A DNA stretch of 64,000 bases, taken from the IMG/VR virus record IMGVR_UViG_3300042308_001616, positions 124,001-188,000 of that record, one strand, 5' to 3'. Of the stretch, positions 46,342 to 55,673 are shown one piece after another. The position numbers and the translations under genes were made by a program. Within the stretch, counting starts at the first letter, position 1, and the number at the start of each line of letters is the position of its first letter. The notes beneath the pieces are model-generated. The model was not told the DNA's origin. It did no database searches and worked only from the letters and a program-made list of their open reading frames with translations.

Positions 46342-49209
46342 CTATTTCAATTTAGATTTAACAGAATTCCAATATGTTTTATAACTTGTTGGATGAATAT
46401 AATCTGTTGTATTAGGATCGAAACCACCCAAAAATACGAAACCGTTTGATTCTACTTCAGTTTTGAGCCAATCATTACCACCAACTAAATTTGGATGTTT
46501 CTTTGGATTATTTGATATACCCATAACATATACCGTACAACCTTTATCTTTTAATAATTTAAGTTGATCCTTAATAACCTGTTCAGATGCGGGAGTTCCA
46601 CCACCATTAGAATATCCTGTTGATAAAATAACAATTTTACCATCCAAAGTAAAAGTGGTGTCTTTTAAATATCCTAATACAACACTAGGTGCTGCACCAA
46701 CCATTGATATACCTTTAGCGTCTTTTGATACTTGTCCAAAAGAACCTGATCTATTCAAACCAAGTTCTTTGGAAACACCTGCAGCAATACTATCTCCAAA
46801 TATGAAATCCCAACTACCATTACCAGATGAGTTATTATTTACTACATTCGAAGATGAGCTATTAGAAGGAGGTGGTGCATCCACATCACCAACTTGAGCA
46901 CCCAACAATGTATTCAGTCCTGGTGCATCATAATCATCTTCTACATATTCATCTGATAACATATCATAACCTGTTATATCGTCATCAATTAATCCAGTAT
47001 CACCAATCAAAACATAGAAAGGAAGCATAGACATTCTTGCATAACACGTAATTGCTGGATCTATATCAACAAACATAGGAATGGTGGGAACAGAAACAGA
47101 TGTTACACCAACAACATCCATTGGGGTTTTTGCATATACTTTCTGTACAGGATCAATAAATGGTATGTCTTCGGTTGGTTCAGTACAATCCGCATCAAGT
47201 ATTACAATATTATCATTTGGATATAATTTCTTCCACTCCTTAAGTATTATGTCTAATATTACAAAATCATCAAACTCAAATTCGTTATTTATTGTATAAG
47301 TATAACCCAATCTATTATCACCTAACTCAGAGATATAGTCGAACTTACTTTCTTTATCGAATGTTATTCCCGGAAGTTGTTTTTTATCCGAAGGTCTCGA
47401 CGGTATTATATCAAATGTCTTAACTGCCATTGACCGAAGACCATTTTTTTCATCTCTCGGTGTAACTTCTCTACCCCAGTTATCGTTATATTCCTTTCCA
47501 CCCATTGGATTTCCTTTGAGTTCTTTATCGTGCCAGTTTATAACTATTGATGAACCATTATTTAAATGATATGTGCAATTTCCATATTTTTTTAATATAA
47601 TCTTATAAGATTCGCTCCAAGAATCTTCAACTATTTCCCAATAAGGTTTTATATTTTCAGAATATAACTTTAATTTTTCATCATCCGTTACTTCATTGCC
47701 AATAATTTCCGTAGAGTCTGTTGGTGCTTGTGATGATGTATTATAACCAACGTCCATTAGTGATGGTTTGATAACATCATCTGTAATCAAACCATCCTTC
47801 AACATATATCCTAAATGTGAAATATAAGATTGTGTATAAACTTTGTCTAATTTTGTAACAGGAAGATAATCACCTTTATAAACGAATATATGATTGAATT
47901 GAACCACCCAAAGTGCATCACCATTCTCTATATTTTTTGCTTTCGCCTCGTCTATTCGTTTTTGACCTTCTTCCAACCTTTTTTTATCAGTCGCTGCTTT
48001 ATCAGCTGCAGCTTTATCCTCAGCTTCTTTTTTCGCTTTTATTTGAGCTTCTGTTGTTGCATTGAGTTCCTCTACTTTTACGAATTTTATAAATCTTAAT
48101 TCTACACCAGATACTGGAGTTAAATCAATTGGGTTTCCGTTTGTATCTCTCTTCATTCCCTGAACAACTCTACCTGCGATAAATCCATCATCTGTAGATA
48201 TTTTCTTATCTGACAGATATTTTCTTAAATAAGTATTCGAACTTTCTTGAGTTTCTGCCCATGCCACAACACCCAAATCTTTCAAAGTTTTCGATTCTGG
48301 TTCTGTATATTTAGGAGTACTATAACCCATACTCACAATATCCTTCTGTGTTATGTATTTATCAGGATCGTTGGAAATGTATTTACCCTCACTAATTCCT
48401 AACATTCCTGATGCATATCCATTAGAGCCTGTAGGTTTATTAGTATTATCCAATTCTGTAATAAGGAAAAGTCTTGCTTGTATTTCCCTATATTTTTTAT
48501 CAATTTCAACAACTTTATACAAAACAAGATAATCTTCACTTTCTTTAATTGATATTCCTTGTTCCTTCATAACCTCATGAAGTTTAGTATATGTATCCTC
48601 TTTCCCAATAAAAATAGTAGCAATATCGTAATTGGTAGACGTAACAGATATTCCCGAATCGTAAAGTCTCTCTGGGATTGGATCATTTAAACTAAATTCT
48701 AATCGAATGGTTGGTCCATAGCCAAAATATTTATTTTTAGAAAAAGGTTTTTCATACTGCCATCCAAGTTTATCGAGTTTTTTAGTTTTATATTCAATCT
48801 TATCAGGATCTAAGTATTCTTTAACTTTTGCATCATTTAGATACAGTTTATTAATATCGAAATCTTCACCAATCGAACCCGATGCATCAGAACCCGGTAT
48901 TTCCGCATTTGGATCCTCCTTAAGATTATTGTAGTAAAATTGGTCGTATAAAAATCTAACCAATAAAAAGTCTTCTACTTCTAAACCACTACTTTGTGGT
49001 GTTATACCACCAATAGTAAGACCCTCTATTTCATCTTTAGTATACTCTTTCGATCTAGGAGTATCCTTTAATTCGTTGAGTGTACCAGATTCTACTCTTA
49101 CAACCCTTTTACCAGAAATTCCTTTTTTGTATATCGAAATTTTGACGTCAGTGCTATCAACACTCATACGTCTGGGTCTTACACGTATAGATTTTATAAA
49201 CCTCTCCAT
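46342..49209 (-). CDS. Large protein with C-terminal SGNH/GDSL hydrolase domain
   Basis: 'FIFGDSIAAG', 'ILSTGYSN', 'DYIHP'; late box 4 nt upstream. Confidence 0.7.
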   Translation of the reverse strand: MERFIKSIRVRPRRMSVDSTDVKISIYKKGISGKRVVRVESGTLNELKDTPRSKEYTKDEIEGLTIGGITPQSSGLEVEDFLLVRFLYDQFYYNNLKEDPNAEIPGSDASGSIGEDFDINKLYLNDAKVKEYLDPDKIEYKTKKLDKLGWQYEKPFSKNKYFGYGPTIRLEFSLNDPIPERLYDSGISVTSTNYDIATIFIGKEDTYTKLHEVMKEQGISIKESEDYLVLYKVVEIDKKYREIQARLFLITELDNTNKPTGSNGYASGMLGISEGKYISNDPDKYITQKDIVSMGYSTPKYTEPESKTLKDLGVVAWAETQESSNTYLRKYLSDKKISTDDGFIAGRVVQGMKRDTNGNPIDLTPVSGVELRFIKFVKVEELNATTEAQIKAKKEAEDKAAADKAATDKKRLEEGQKRIDEAKAKNIENGDALWVVQFNHIFVYKGDYLPVTKLDKVYTQSYISHLGYMLKDGLITDDVIKPSLMDVGYNTSSQAPTDSTEIIGNEVTDDEKLKLYSENIKPYWEIVEDSWSESYKIILKKYGNCTYHLNNGSSIVINWHDKELKGNPMGGKEYNDNWGREVTPRDEKNGLRSMAVKTFDIIPSRPSDKKQLPGITFDKESKFDYISELGDNRLGYTYTINNEFEFDDFVILDIILKEWKKLYPNDNIVILDADCTEPTEDIPFIDPVQKVYAKTPMDVVGVTSVSVPTIPMFVDIDPAITCYARMSMLPFYVLIGDTGLIDDDITGYDMLSDEYVEDDYDAPGLNTLLGAQVGDVDAPPPSNSSSSNVVNNNSSGNGSWDFIFGDSIAAGVSKELGLNRSGSFGQVSKDAKGISMVGAAPSVVLGYLKDTTFTLDGKIVILSTGYSNGGGTPASEQVIKDQLKLLKDKGCTVYVMGISNNPKKHPNLVGGNDWLKTEVESNGFVFLGGFDPNTTDYIHPTSYKTYWNSVKSKLK

Positions 49210-49224
49210 AGACTATATATACAC

Positions 49225-49262
49225 AAAACCGCCACTTGTCGGTGACAGGTAGCGGTTGTTTT
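49225..49262 (-). terminator. Intrinsic terminator
   Basis: Minus strand CCGCTACCTGTC-acc-GACAAGTGGCGG-TTTTG. Confidence 0.6.
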
Positions 49263-49276
49263 TATGTAAAAATATC

Positions 49277-49873
49277 TTACTTTTTTTTCTTTTTCCTTTC
49301 TTTGGCAGCCTTTGCCTTTGTCCATAATTCAGAGTCTGCTTTCCTTGCACCACCTGAACCAGTAATGAAACTATTCACTCTACCAAATGCCCATTGATGT
49401 TGTGCAACACCAGGTCTGTGTCCAGCGTTCCACGCTTGCATTCCTTTAGAGAAAACTTTTCTAAGAATACCTACCGGTATTCCAGATGCTTCAGATTTCT
49501 TTTTTAATGATTTGGCAACACCTGATTTTTTTTTTTCATCGATACTCTCTAACCAGTAGAGCTCATCGTTGAAAGATTCGAAGCAAAGTATCCTACTCTC
49601 CTCGAGAGAGTCATCTATCTCTTCATCATTCCTTTTATCAACACCTTTGTTGTGTTCAACATCGTCTGCCATAGCTTTGTAAAGTTTCGTAATCTCTTCT
49701 TTATTCATTGGTTTTCCGTCTTCATCACCATCGATGAAACCATCAGGGAAACCACCAACAATCTCTATCTCATCCTCAAGTTCTTCAACACTTTTACCTT
49801 TGGTCTTACCGAAGTCGTCAATATTTTTCCATCGGTTTATTTCCGAATCTTTAAATTCTCTGAGGTATCTCAT
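49277..49873 (-). CDS. Leader-bearing protein with DUF5824-like C-terminal domain
   Basis: 'SGIPVGILRKVFSKGMQAWNAGHRPGVAQHQWAFGRVNSF'; starts MRYLREFKDSE; internal ILCFESFNDE. Confidence 0.7.
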   Translation of the reverse strand: MRYLREFKDSEINRWKNIDDFGKTKGKSVEELEDEIEIVGGFPDGFIDGDEDGKPMNKEEITKLYKAMADDVEHNKGVDKRNDEEIDDSLEESRILCFESFNDELYWLESIDEKKKSGVAKSLKKKSEASGIPVGILRKVFSKGMQAWNAGHRPGVAQHQWAFGRVNSFITGSGGARKADSELWTKAKAAKERKKKKK

Positions 49874-49882
49874 ATCCTTTAT

Positions 49883-50452
49883 TTATTTTTCTTTATCACC
49901 AAACATCTTTTGGTATGCTTTGGTTGCAGCAGACTTTTTCGTCTTCACCCTTTTACCTTCACCACCTTTTCCAGATGTATAATCAGCATCCCAATCTTTT
50001 TTATATGTCTTTTTGCCTCTAAAAGTGTCAATCTCTTTTTTCATCTTACCTGGGTTTTTAGTAAGGTATTTTCCAGGTATTTTATGACCTTTATAGCGTT
50101 GAGATTTTGACTTCTCTTCTACACCTTCTGGCATTATAACTTTTAGGTCAGATTCTATAAGCTCCATAGCATCCTCTAATGAGTCTACATTTTTTTTGAA
50201 GTCTACTCTTCCACCGAAAGTTTTTTCAACAAATAAATCATCTACATCGAGATCATATTTTACGGCAACATCTTGCCAAACAAAATCGAGAACTACATGA
50301 TGATCGTCAGTACTACTCCATTTGTATACAAACTCACCCACAACAGATTTAGAGACTAAGTCCCTTATTCTCTCCATACGTTCCTCGACGTAATCTGAGC
50401 CCACGAAGCCACCGCCCTGAACGAACTCGTAGAATTTCTTTATTTTTGACAT
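49883..50452 (-). CDS. Leader-bearing protein (MSKIKKFYEF) with basic C-terminal domain
   Basis: 'KIPGKYL...KTKKSAATKAYQKMFG'; late box 4 nt upstream. Confidence 0.7.
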   Translation of the reverse strand: MSKIKKFYEFVQGGGFVGSDYVEERMERIRDLVSKSVVGEFVYKWSSTDDHHVVLDFVWQDVAVKYDLDVDDLFVEKTFGGRVDFKKNVDSLEDAMELIESDLKVIMPEGVEEKSKSQRYKGHKIPGKYLTKNPGKMKKEIDTFRGKKTYKKDWDADYTSGKGGEGKRVKTKKSAATKAYQKMFGDKEK

Positions 50453-50509
50453 ACACTATATATAAAGTTTTAACTGTAAACAAATCAATTTTGTGTAAAT
50501 ATATTCTAT

Positions 50510-51289
50510 ATGGCAACTAAAACTAAACTAAAGCTAAAGAAGGAATGTTTCTCGGATTTCGTTGACAAACTCACCGACTTAACAGCTATATCAGACACTA
50601 TCAAACTTAAGATTGATAACAAACACATTATGATGTACTCAACACTGGGTGGACAGGTGTTATTGGCATTCAAAAACTATCTTTTGGACACAAAAGAATA
50701 TTTAGATTATGAGGACCTAGAGTATTCCATTGATGTGGTGATAGTGAATGCTAAAAAATTCGTGAAGAACTTAAATTTTTTGATGCAATCAGATAAACTA
50801 ACAATAGATATAACACATAAAGCATCCCCAGATGATGAATCTGTTATGATTGCCAGAGGAATACAAATAAATGGTGGTAGACTTAAAGTAAATTGGATAG
50901 CAGGTGAACATTATGAGATAAGGGACATTGATAAGTCTATTCTTCAGGAACGACTGGATATACGATTACGTAAGTGGAACTTTATAATAGAGAAGGCGGA
51001 CTTTACAGATATTAAAAAATTGAGTACTATAAATGATGGAAAACTTCTAAATATATCTGCAAGTAATGGTAAGGTAACCATATCAGAAAGTGCCGCTTGG
51101 GAATTACAAATAGCAGATTGTGACCCAGATAAAAACTCGAATATGATACTTAATAAAAAGTTTTTGAAGTCTATAGACGATAGTAAAGATGTCGATTTTA
51201 GCATATTTGAAAATTTTATGCTAGTAAAAGATGAGAACACAAACCTAATGCTTAGTTACGAACAAGATTTTTCAGAAGAAGATGAATAA
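50510..51289 (+). CDS. Probable sliding clamp (gp45/PCNA-like)
   Basis: 259 aa, two-fold alpha/beta pattern, just upstream of DNA polymerase; no hallmark motif. Confidence 0.45.
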   Translation: MATKTKLKLKKECFSDFVDKLTDLTAISDTIKLKIDNKHIMMYSTLGGQVLLAFKNYLLDTKEYLDYEDLEYSIDVVIVNAKKFVKNLNFLMQSDKLTIDITHKASPDDESVMIARGIQINGGRLKVNWIAGEHYEIRDIDKSILQERLDIRLRKWNFIIEKADFTDIKKLSTINDGKLLNISASNGKVTISESAAWELQIADCDPDKNSNMILNKKFLKSIDDSKDVDFSIFENFMLVKDENTNLMLSYEQDFSEEDE

Positions 51290-51608
51290 TAGGAATTACA
51301 ACAGACAAAAACCTAACAGGGCACCATATATTATGTTTATTATAATACTTGCTTTATTGTGGCTTGTAAGAGATTTACATAAAGATGCAATTGATGCAGA
51401 CAATACACTAGAGAAAATTAGAATCGAAAGTACACATACTGATACACTTCTTAGAATTAAGACTAACGAAGTAGATTCACTTATTGAAGTGGTTGAATGG
51501 TATAGAAAGTTAGAAGAAAATAAAAAGAATACATCAAAGAAAATATCAGTAAAAACTAACAAAGTTCATAAACAGGAAACTATCGTTAGTAACGATACAA
51601 TAAAATAG
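51282..51608 (+). CDS. Single-TM coiled-coil protein (i-spanin-like topology)
   Basis: Basic N-term, TM helix, coiled coil. Confidence 0.5.
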   Translation: MNNRNYNRQKPNRAPYIMFIIILALLWLVRDLHKDAIDADNTLEKIRIESTHTDTLLRIKTNEVDSLIEVVEWYRKLEENKKNTSKKISVKTNKVHKQETIVSNDTIK

Positions 51609-51614
51609 TAATAT

Positions 51615-53045
51615 ATGACACGTGATGAAAAAATAAATAAAATAGAAGATCTAAAAAACAAAGCAACACAATTAAAAAGAGAGGTTGATTATTATAACGC
51701 AATGCAGACTGCACTAAAACTTGTGTTAAATGGATCTTATGGTGCGTTCGCCACGCCCTACTTTGTTTTATTCAACAACAATGTGGCATCAACTATAACA
51801 GCACAAGGTCGTGACCTAACAAAGACGATGGACAAAGTGAATGAGGACTACTGGTACAAACAGTGGCACTTAGATTACGAACTTCACCGTAGGTTATGTG
51901 TAACCAACGTAACACAAATACCTATTGATGAACCTGTATCAATTTATGCAGATACAGACTCACTTTTTGTTTCGTTTCTTCCTGCGATAAACCACTCGAA
52001 CTGGAAAGACCTAATATTCAATAAAAAAAGAATTGAGTCTATTAAAAAACCATTCATAGTATTAGCTAAAGAAATATGTCAATTTGAAAACGAAAATTGT
52101 TTAGGTAAGGCAGAGACTATTGAAGAACTAAAAGAATTACTTACTACTGAATACCAAGAGGTTCTAATAGATGGTAGGTTCATACTCGATCGAGAACTAA
52201 AAAAAATACTCACATCCGGAGTTTTTACATGCGAACCTAGATGGAACTGGGCAAGAGAATTAGATTACATTCACGGTATTGACCAAATGAGATATGGAGA
52301 TTATTTCAAAAAGTGTCTTGAAGAATACGCTGGTGGGTTTGGTGTCGAGAATAAAGAAGACTTCGAACTTGAGAGAGTCTCTGAATCAATCATATCACTT
52401 GCTAAGAAGAAGTATATACAACACGTCGCATTCGAGGACGGAATACCATACGAAAGACTTACATATCTATTCCCGAAGGGAGTTGAGTTAGTAAGGAGAT
52501 CGACTCCTGCATTCGCACGAGATAAAATTATTAACATTGTTAAATACCTCTTTGAGAATTCCGACACGTTCAACATAAAAGACCTATTGAAATTAGTTAA
52601 ACAACTAAGGAAAGAGTTTGAACTGGCAGATATTGATGATATATCAATGCAAAGTTCGTGTTCTAAGTACGACCAGAAAGTAATTGATGATAAGACACTT
52701 CCTCTGAAGTTTGTGAATGGTGCACACTTTGCAGTAAAGGCCAGTGCATATCACAACTACCTTATCTCACAAGATAAAGAGATACAGAGAAAATACGAAC
52801 CAATCAAATCCGGAACAAAGATTAAGTACTACTATTGTAAGAATCGTTCAAACGGAGATATGTTTGCATACATAAGAGGTCAGTACCCAATTGAGGTGGC
52901 ACCAGAGATAGATTTTGACACACAATTTGAAAAATCTATTCTTTCACCAATCAATACTATTATTGAACCATTAGGTATGCCAGAAATAACAGCTCGATTA
53001 TCAGTTGTAATGGATATATTTAGCGGTTTCGGTTTCGGGAAATAG
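51615..53045 (+). CDS. Family B DNA polymerase, C-terminal subunit (split gp43)
   Basis: Motif B 'QTALKLVLNGSYG', 'ITAQGR', motif C 'YADTDSLF', 'KKKY', 'KGVELVRRSTP'; lacks exonuclease and motif A. Confidence 0.92.
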   Translation: MTRDEKINKIEDLKNKATQLKREVDYYNAMQTALKLVLNGSYGAFATPYFVLFNNNVASTITAQGRDLTKTMDKVNEDYWYKQWHLDYELHRRLCVTNVTQIPIDEPVSIYADTDSLFVSFLPAINHSNWKDLIFNKKRIESIKKPFIVLAKEICQFENENCLGKAETIEELKELLTTEYQEVLIDGRFILDRELKKILTSGVFTCEPRWNWARELDYIHGIDQMRYGDYFKKCLEEYAGGFGVENKEDFELERVSESIISLAKKKYIQHVAFEDGIPYERLTYLFPKGVELVRRSTPAFARDKIINIVKYLFENSDTFNIKDLLKLVKQLRKEFELADIDDISMQSSCSKYDQKVIDDKTLPLKFVNGAHFAVKASAYHNYLISQDKEIQRKYEPIKSGTKIKYYYCKNRSNGDMFAYIRGQYPIEVAPEIDFDTQFEKSILSPINTIIEPLGMPEITARLSVVMDIFSGFGFGK

Positions 53046-53076
53046 AAAAGCACAGATTATTCTGTGCTTTTCTATT
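53041..53076. terminator. Bidirectional intrinsic terminator
   Basis: AATAGAAAAGCACAGA-ttat-TCTGTGCTTTTCTATT. Confidence 0.85.
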
Positions 53077-53885
53077 TATGCTTTATGAACAAAGTTCGTT
53101 TTTGGAACCAGATAGTGACCCTCCATAGTAATAACTCCTTTGCCTCTGAAAATGTAGCTAGGTTTTAAATTATCAACAGACATAACCACAAAATAATCAG
53201 TCTTCATTTCTGTGTAGTCACCGGAAATAACTACTTTGTAATACTCAACACCATCTAATATTGTTTCACTAACATTATCCAGTGTCTTAACCTGTATTGT
53301 GAAATCTTTTCCGTTATGATTGAACATTAGGTCTATACTTTCTAATGCATCTTCCTGTTTAGTGGTAGGCCTACGAATCTGTACGTTTATACCCTTCGAC
53401 TTTGCATATTCTGTAAAGAACACCTCTGCATCTGACTCCTTCTGCTGACCTAAATCACTCTTACCTGACACCGTTGCATACAGACTCCAGAAGAACTTAT
53501 TCGTAGGTTTGAATAAATCCGTGTTTCTCTCTAAGTAATCGAGTAAATCCTGTGCGTTATCTACGACGTGTCCATCCGCAAGTGCTTTGTAGACTATCCT
53601 ATGTAGTACCGTTATGTTGTTCGGCATCATCGCTACATACTCCGTATAGATTTGACCCTGTGGTGTACTCACCGTACGTATGTCGTAAAATCTTTTACCA
53701 GGTGTATATTGATGGAACACCGGCTGTGACATCAACGAAGCTTTTATTGTTTTCCTTATTTCTCCCAACATATCACCATCTACATAGATACTGGCAATAA
53801 CACTACCATTCTTATCTTTTATAAGTAAAGTTATCGGTTTTTTTGGCTTTTCTACATATTGTGAAAATTCTCTAATGTATATCAT
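53076..53885 (-). CDS. Putative PD-(D/E)XK nuclease-like protein with leader MIYIREFSQYVE
   Basis: 'G..KESDAE...QEDALESIDLMF...TIQVKT'. Confidence 0.55.
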   Translation of the reverse strand: MIYIREFSQYVEKPKKPITLLIKDKNGSVIASIYVDGDMLGEIRKTIKASLMSQPVFHQYTPGKRFYDIRTVSTPQGQIYTEYVAMMPNNITVLHRIVYKALADGHVVDNAQDLLDYLERNTDLFKPTNKFFWSLYATVSGKSDLGQQKESDAEVFFTEYAKSKGINVQIRRPTTKQEDALESIDLMFNHNGKDFTIQVKTLDNVSETILDGVEYYKVVISGDYTEMKTDYFVVMSVDNLKPSYIFRGKGVITMEGHYLVPKTNFVHKA

Positions 53886-53890
53886 CCAGG

Positions 53891-53912
53891 TATATATTAT
53901 TTCCGATATATA
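53891..53912. promoter_or_regulatory. Back-to-back divergent ATATATA boxes, each 5 nt from an ATG
   Basis: Minus AATATATA 53891-53898; plus GATATATA 53905-53912. Confidence 0.55.
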
Positions 53913-53917
53913 CTTTT

Positions 53918-54139
53918 ATGAAGAATGACGAAAAATACCCACTCTACCTGGCCTGGCTAGAAGACCAACTGAAGGCAGGAAAGCTTAACCGAGGAACTTG
54001 GTCACTGAGGAAGATGAGTCGACAAGCATTCGACGAATTCAAACAAAGACTCGATGATGGTCAGTTTGAGAACAAAGTAGTACAGGTAAATCGTGATAGT
54101 AAGATAGATGACCTTTTCGACGGTTTCGACTTTGATTGA
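53918..54139 (+). CDS. Small protein ending RDSKIDDLFDGFDFD
   Basis: Shared motif. Confidence 0.65.
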   Translation: MKNDEKYPLYLAWLEDQLKAGKLNRGTWSLRKMSRQAFDEFKQRLDDGQFENKVVQVNRDSKIDDLFDGFDFD

Positions 54140-54151
54140 AAATAAACTTAT

Positions 54152-54481
54152 ATGGTAAGGCTTATAGAGACATACGAACACGAGAGTTATGACATAATCT
54201 TCTATGAGGGTATCGACTTTGATATGATACGTAATCATAGTGACGATTCTTCGAATTTTTTAGTCTTTTATATAGAATCTTGGAAATTAGAAGTCGAAAG
54301 ATGGAAGAGAGATAAGAAGATAGACGAACTACTCGGTTGTGAGAAGGATTTATTCGATCCTGAACTGATAAAGAAGAATACCGTAGCAATTTATTTGACT
54401 AACGGATACTTAGAACCAACACACCAGGCAATAAAAAAGAAACTCATCGAACCACATAGCTGGAAAAACTGGCTTTGTTAA
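54152..54481 (+). CDS. Small protein with internal RDKKIDELL motif
   Basis: Shared motif. Confidence 0.65.
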   Translation: MVRLIETYEHESYDIIFYEGIDFDMIRNHSDDSSNFLVFYIESWKLEVERWKRDKKIDELLGCEKDLFDPELIKKNTVAIYLTNGYLEPTHQAIKKKLIEPHSWKNWLC

Positions 54482-54497
54482 AGTAATATATAACAAC

Positions 54498-55034
54498 ATG
54501 AAATGGATAAAACTATACGAGGAGTTCACCAACGACAGTATGCAGGATTTGTTAACCGATGCTCTCGAAGAGGAAATAAAAGCGGTCATAAAAAAAAATG
54601 GTCACTTCTCAGCAAAAGACTATTACGCACTCATGAAGTCTAGGAAATTAGACGATAGGATGGCAGATGAAATATTCCACGACTTAGTCGGTAGAGGAAT
54701 CGGATTCAGTGATGGTGAAGAAATAATTATCGAAGACGAACAATTCATATTCCACTTTGAAAAAATACAAAGACAGGGAGAAGAGACATATTATTGGGGA
54801 ACTCTTTATTGTCCAGACTACACTTATGGTGGTGAAGAAGATGAACAAGAAACTATACCGGGTGAATTATATGGTAGATTTGTCGCATTTGAAGACGGAC
54901 CGACAATGTTAGATTTCGAAGGACCAAATGATCTTACCGTATATGATTTCTGTGAAGGACTCGAACATGAGTTAGACAACTTTGCAGAATACGCTGTTGA
55001 TGAAATAAATAAAAAAATAAATAATAATGGATAA
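54498..55034 (+). CDS. Acidic protein with leader MKWIKLYEEF
   Basis: AATATATA 5 nt upstream. Confidence 0.7.
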   Translation: MKWIKLYEEFTNDSMQDLLTDALEEEIKAVIKKNGHFSAKDYYALMKSRKLDDRMADEIFHDLVGRGIGFSDGEEIIIEDEQFIFHFEKIQRQGEETYYWGTLYCPDYTYGGEEDEQETIPGELYGRFVAFEDGPTMLDFEGPNDLTVYDFCEGLEHELDNFAEYAVDEINKKINNNG

Positions 55035-55647
55035 AAAAGTATTGAGATACGAGGGATTCGTTAGAAAAATAAACGAAAACCAACCGGCAATTAAGCCTGC
55101 ACCTACAACTACACCGGCACCTACAGCACCACCAATGCCTTCAATCATCACACCGGAAAAGCCTTCTGTAGAGGACGATCCAATGGCAAAAACACAAGAC
55201 CTTTCAATGAATCAACCGGCAACTAAACCGGCACCAACTGAAACTCCAGCACCGACGGCACCACCAATGCCATCGATTGTTCCTGAGAAAAGACCTTCTG
55301 TGGAAGATGAGCCTATGGCGTCATTAGACGACCTTCATGGTATGTTCGGTGACACACCAGAGGGTGCTGAGATTATGGGTAATGTTCTAAACTACAGAGG
55401 ACCATACCAAAACATTGAGGTTGAAGTTCCTTCAGAGACTGGACACTATATGGTTGATGGAAAGAACCTGAAGACTAAGGATCCAAAGAAGGCATACGAC
55501 TATGTTCAAGCACAGGTTCAAGCACAGGTTCAAGCACAGGTTCAAGCACCGGATGCAGAGGAACAAGCATACGCAGGACAAAACGAACTCGTAGAGTCTA
55601 AGTCATATAGTAAGACCAGAAAGTTCGAAAAAAGAACTAAGAAATAA
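55027..55647 (+). CDS. Pro-rich repeat protein with leader-like VLRYEGF..INE
   Basis: Duplicated 'NQPA.KPAPT.TPAPTAPPMPSI...PSVED.PMA'. Confidence 0.7.
   Translation: MDKKVLRYEGFVRKINENQPAIKPAPTTTPAPTAPPMPSIITPEKPSVEDDPMAKTQDLSMNQPATKPAPTETPAPTAPPMPSIVPEKRPSVEDEPMASLDDLHGMFGDTPEGAEIMGNVLNYRGPYQNIEVEVPSETGHYMVDGKNLKTKDPKKAYDYVQAQVQAQVQAQVQAPDAEEQAYAGQNELVESKSYSKTRKFEKRTKK
55504..55549 (+). repeat. 12-bp tandem repeat (VQAQ) x about 4
   Basis: gttcaagcacag x3 + gttcaagcac. Confidence 0.9.
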
Positions 55648-55673
55648 AAAGAGAGGCTTTGGCCTCTCTTTTT
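55646..55673. terminator. Bidirectional intrinsic terminator
   Basis: AAAAAGAGAGGC-tttg-GCCTCTCTTTTT. Confidence 0.85.

Noticed and set aside
51615-53045. Split intein or intron explaining the partial polymerase
   Set aside because: No intein-C terminus (HN/S,T,C) before motif B and no intron-like non-coding region upstream
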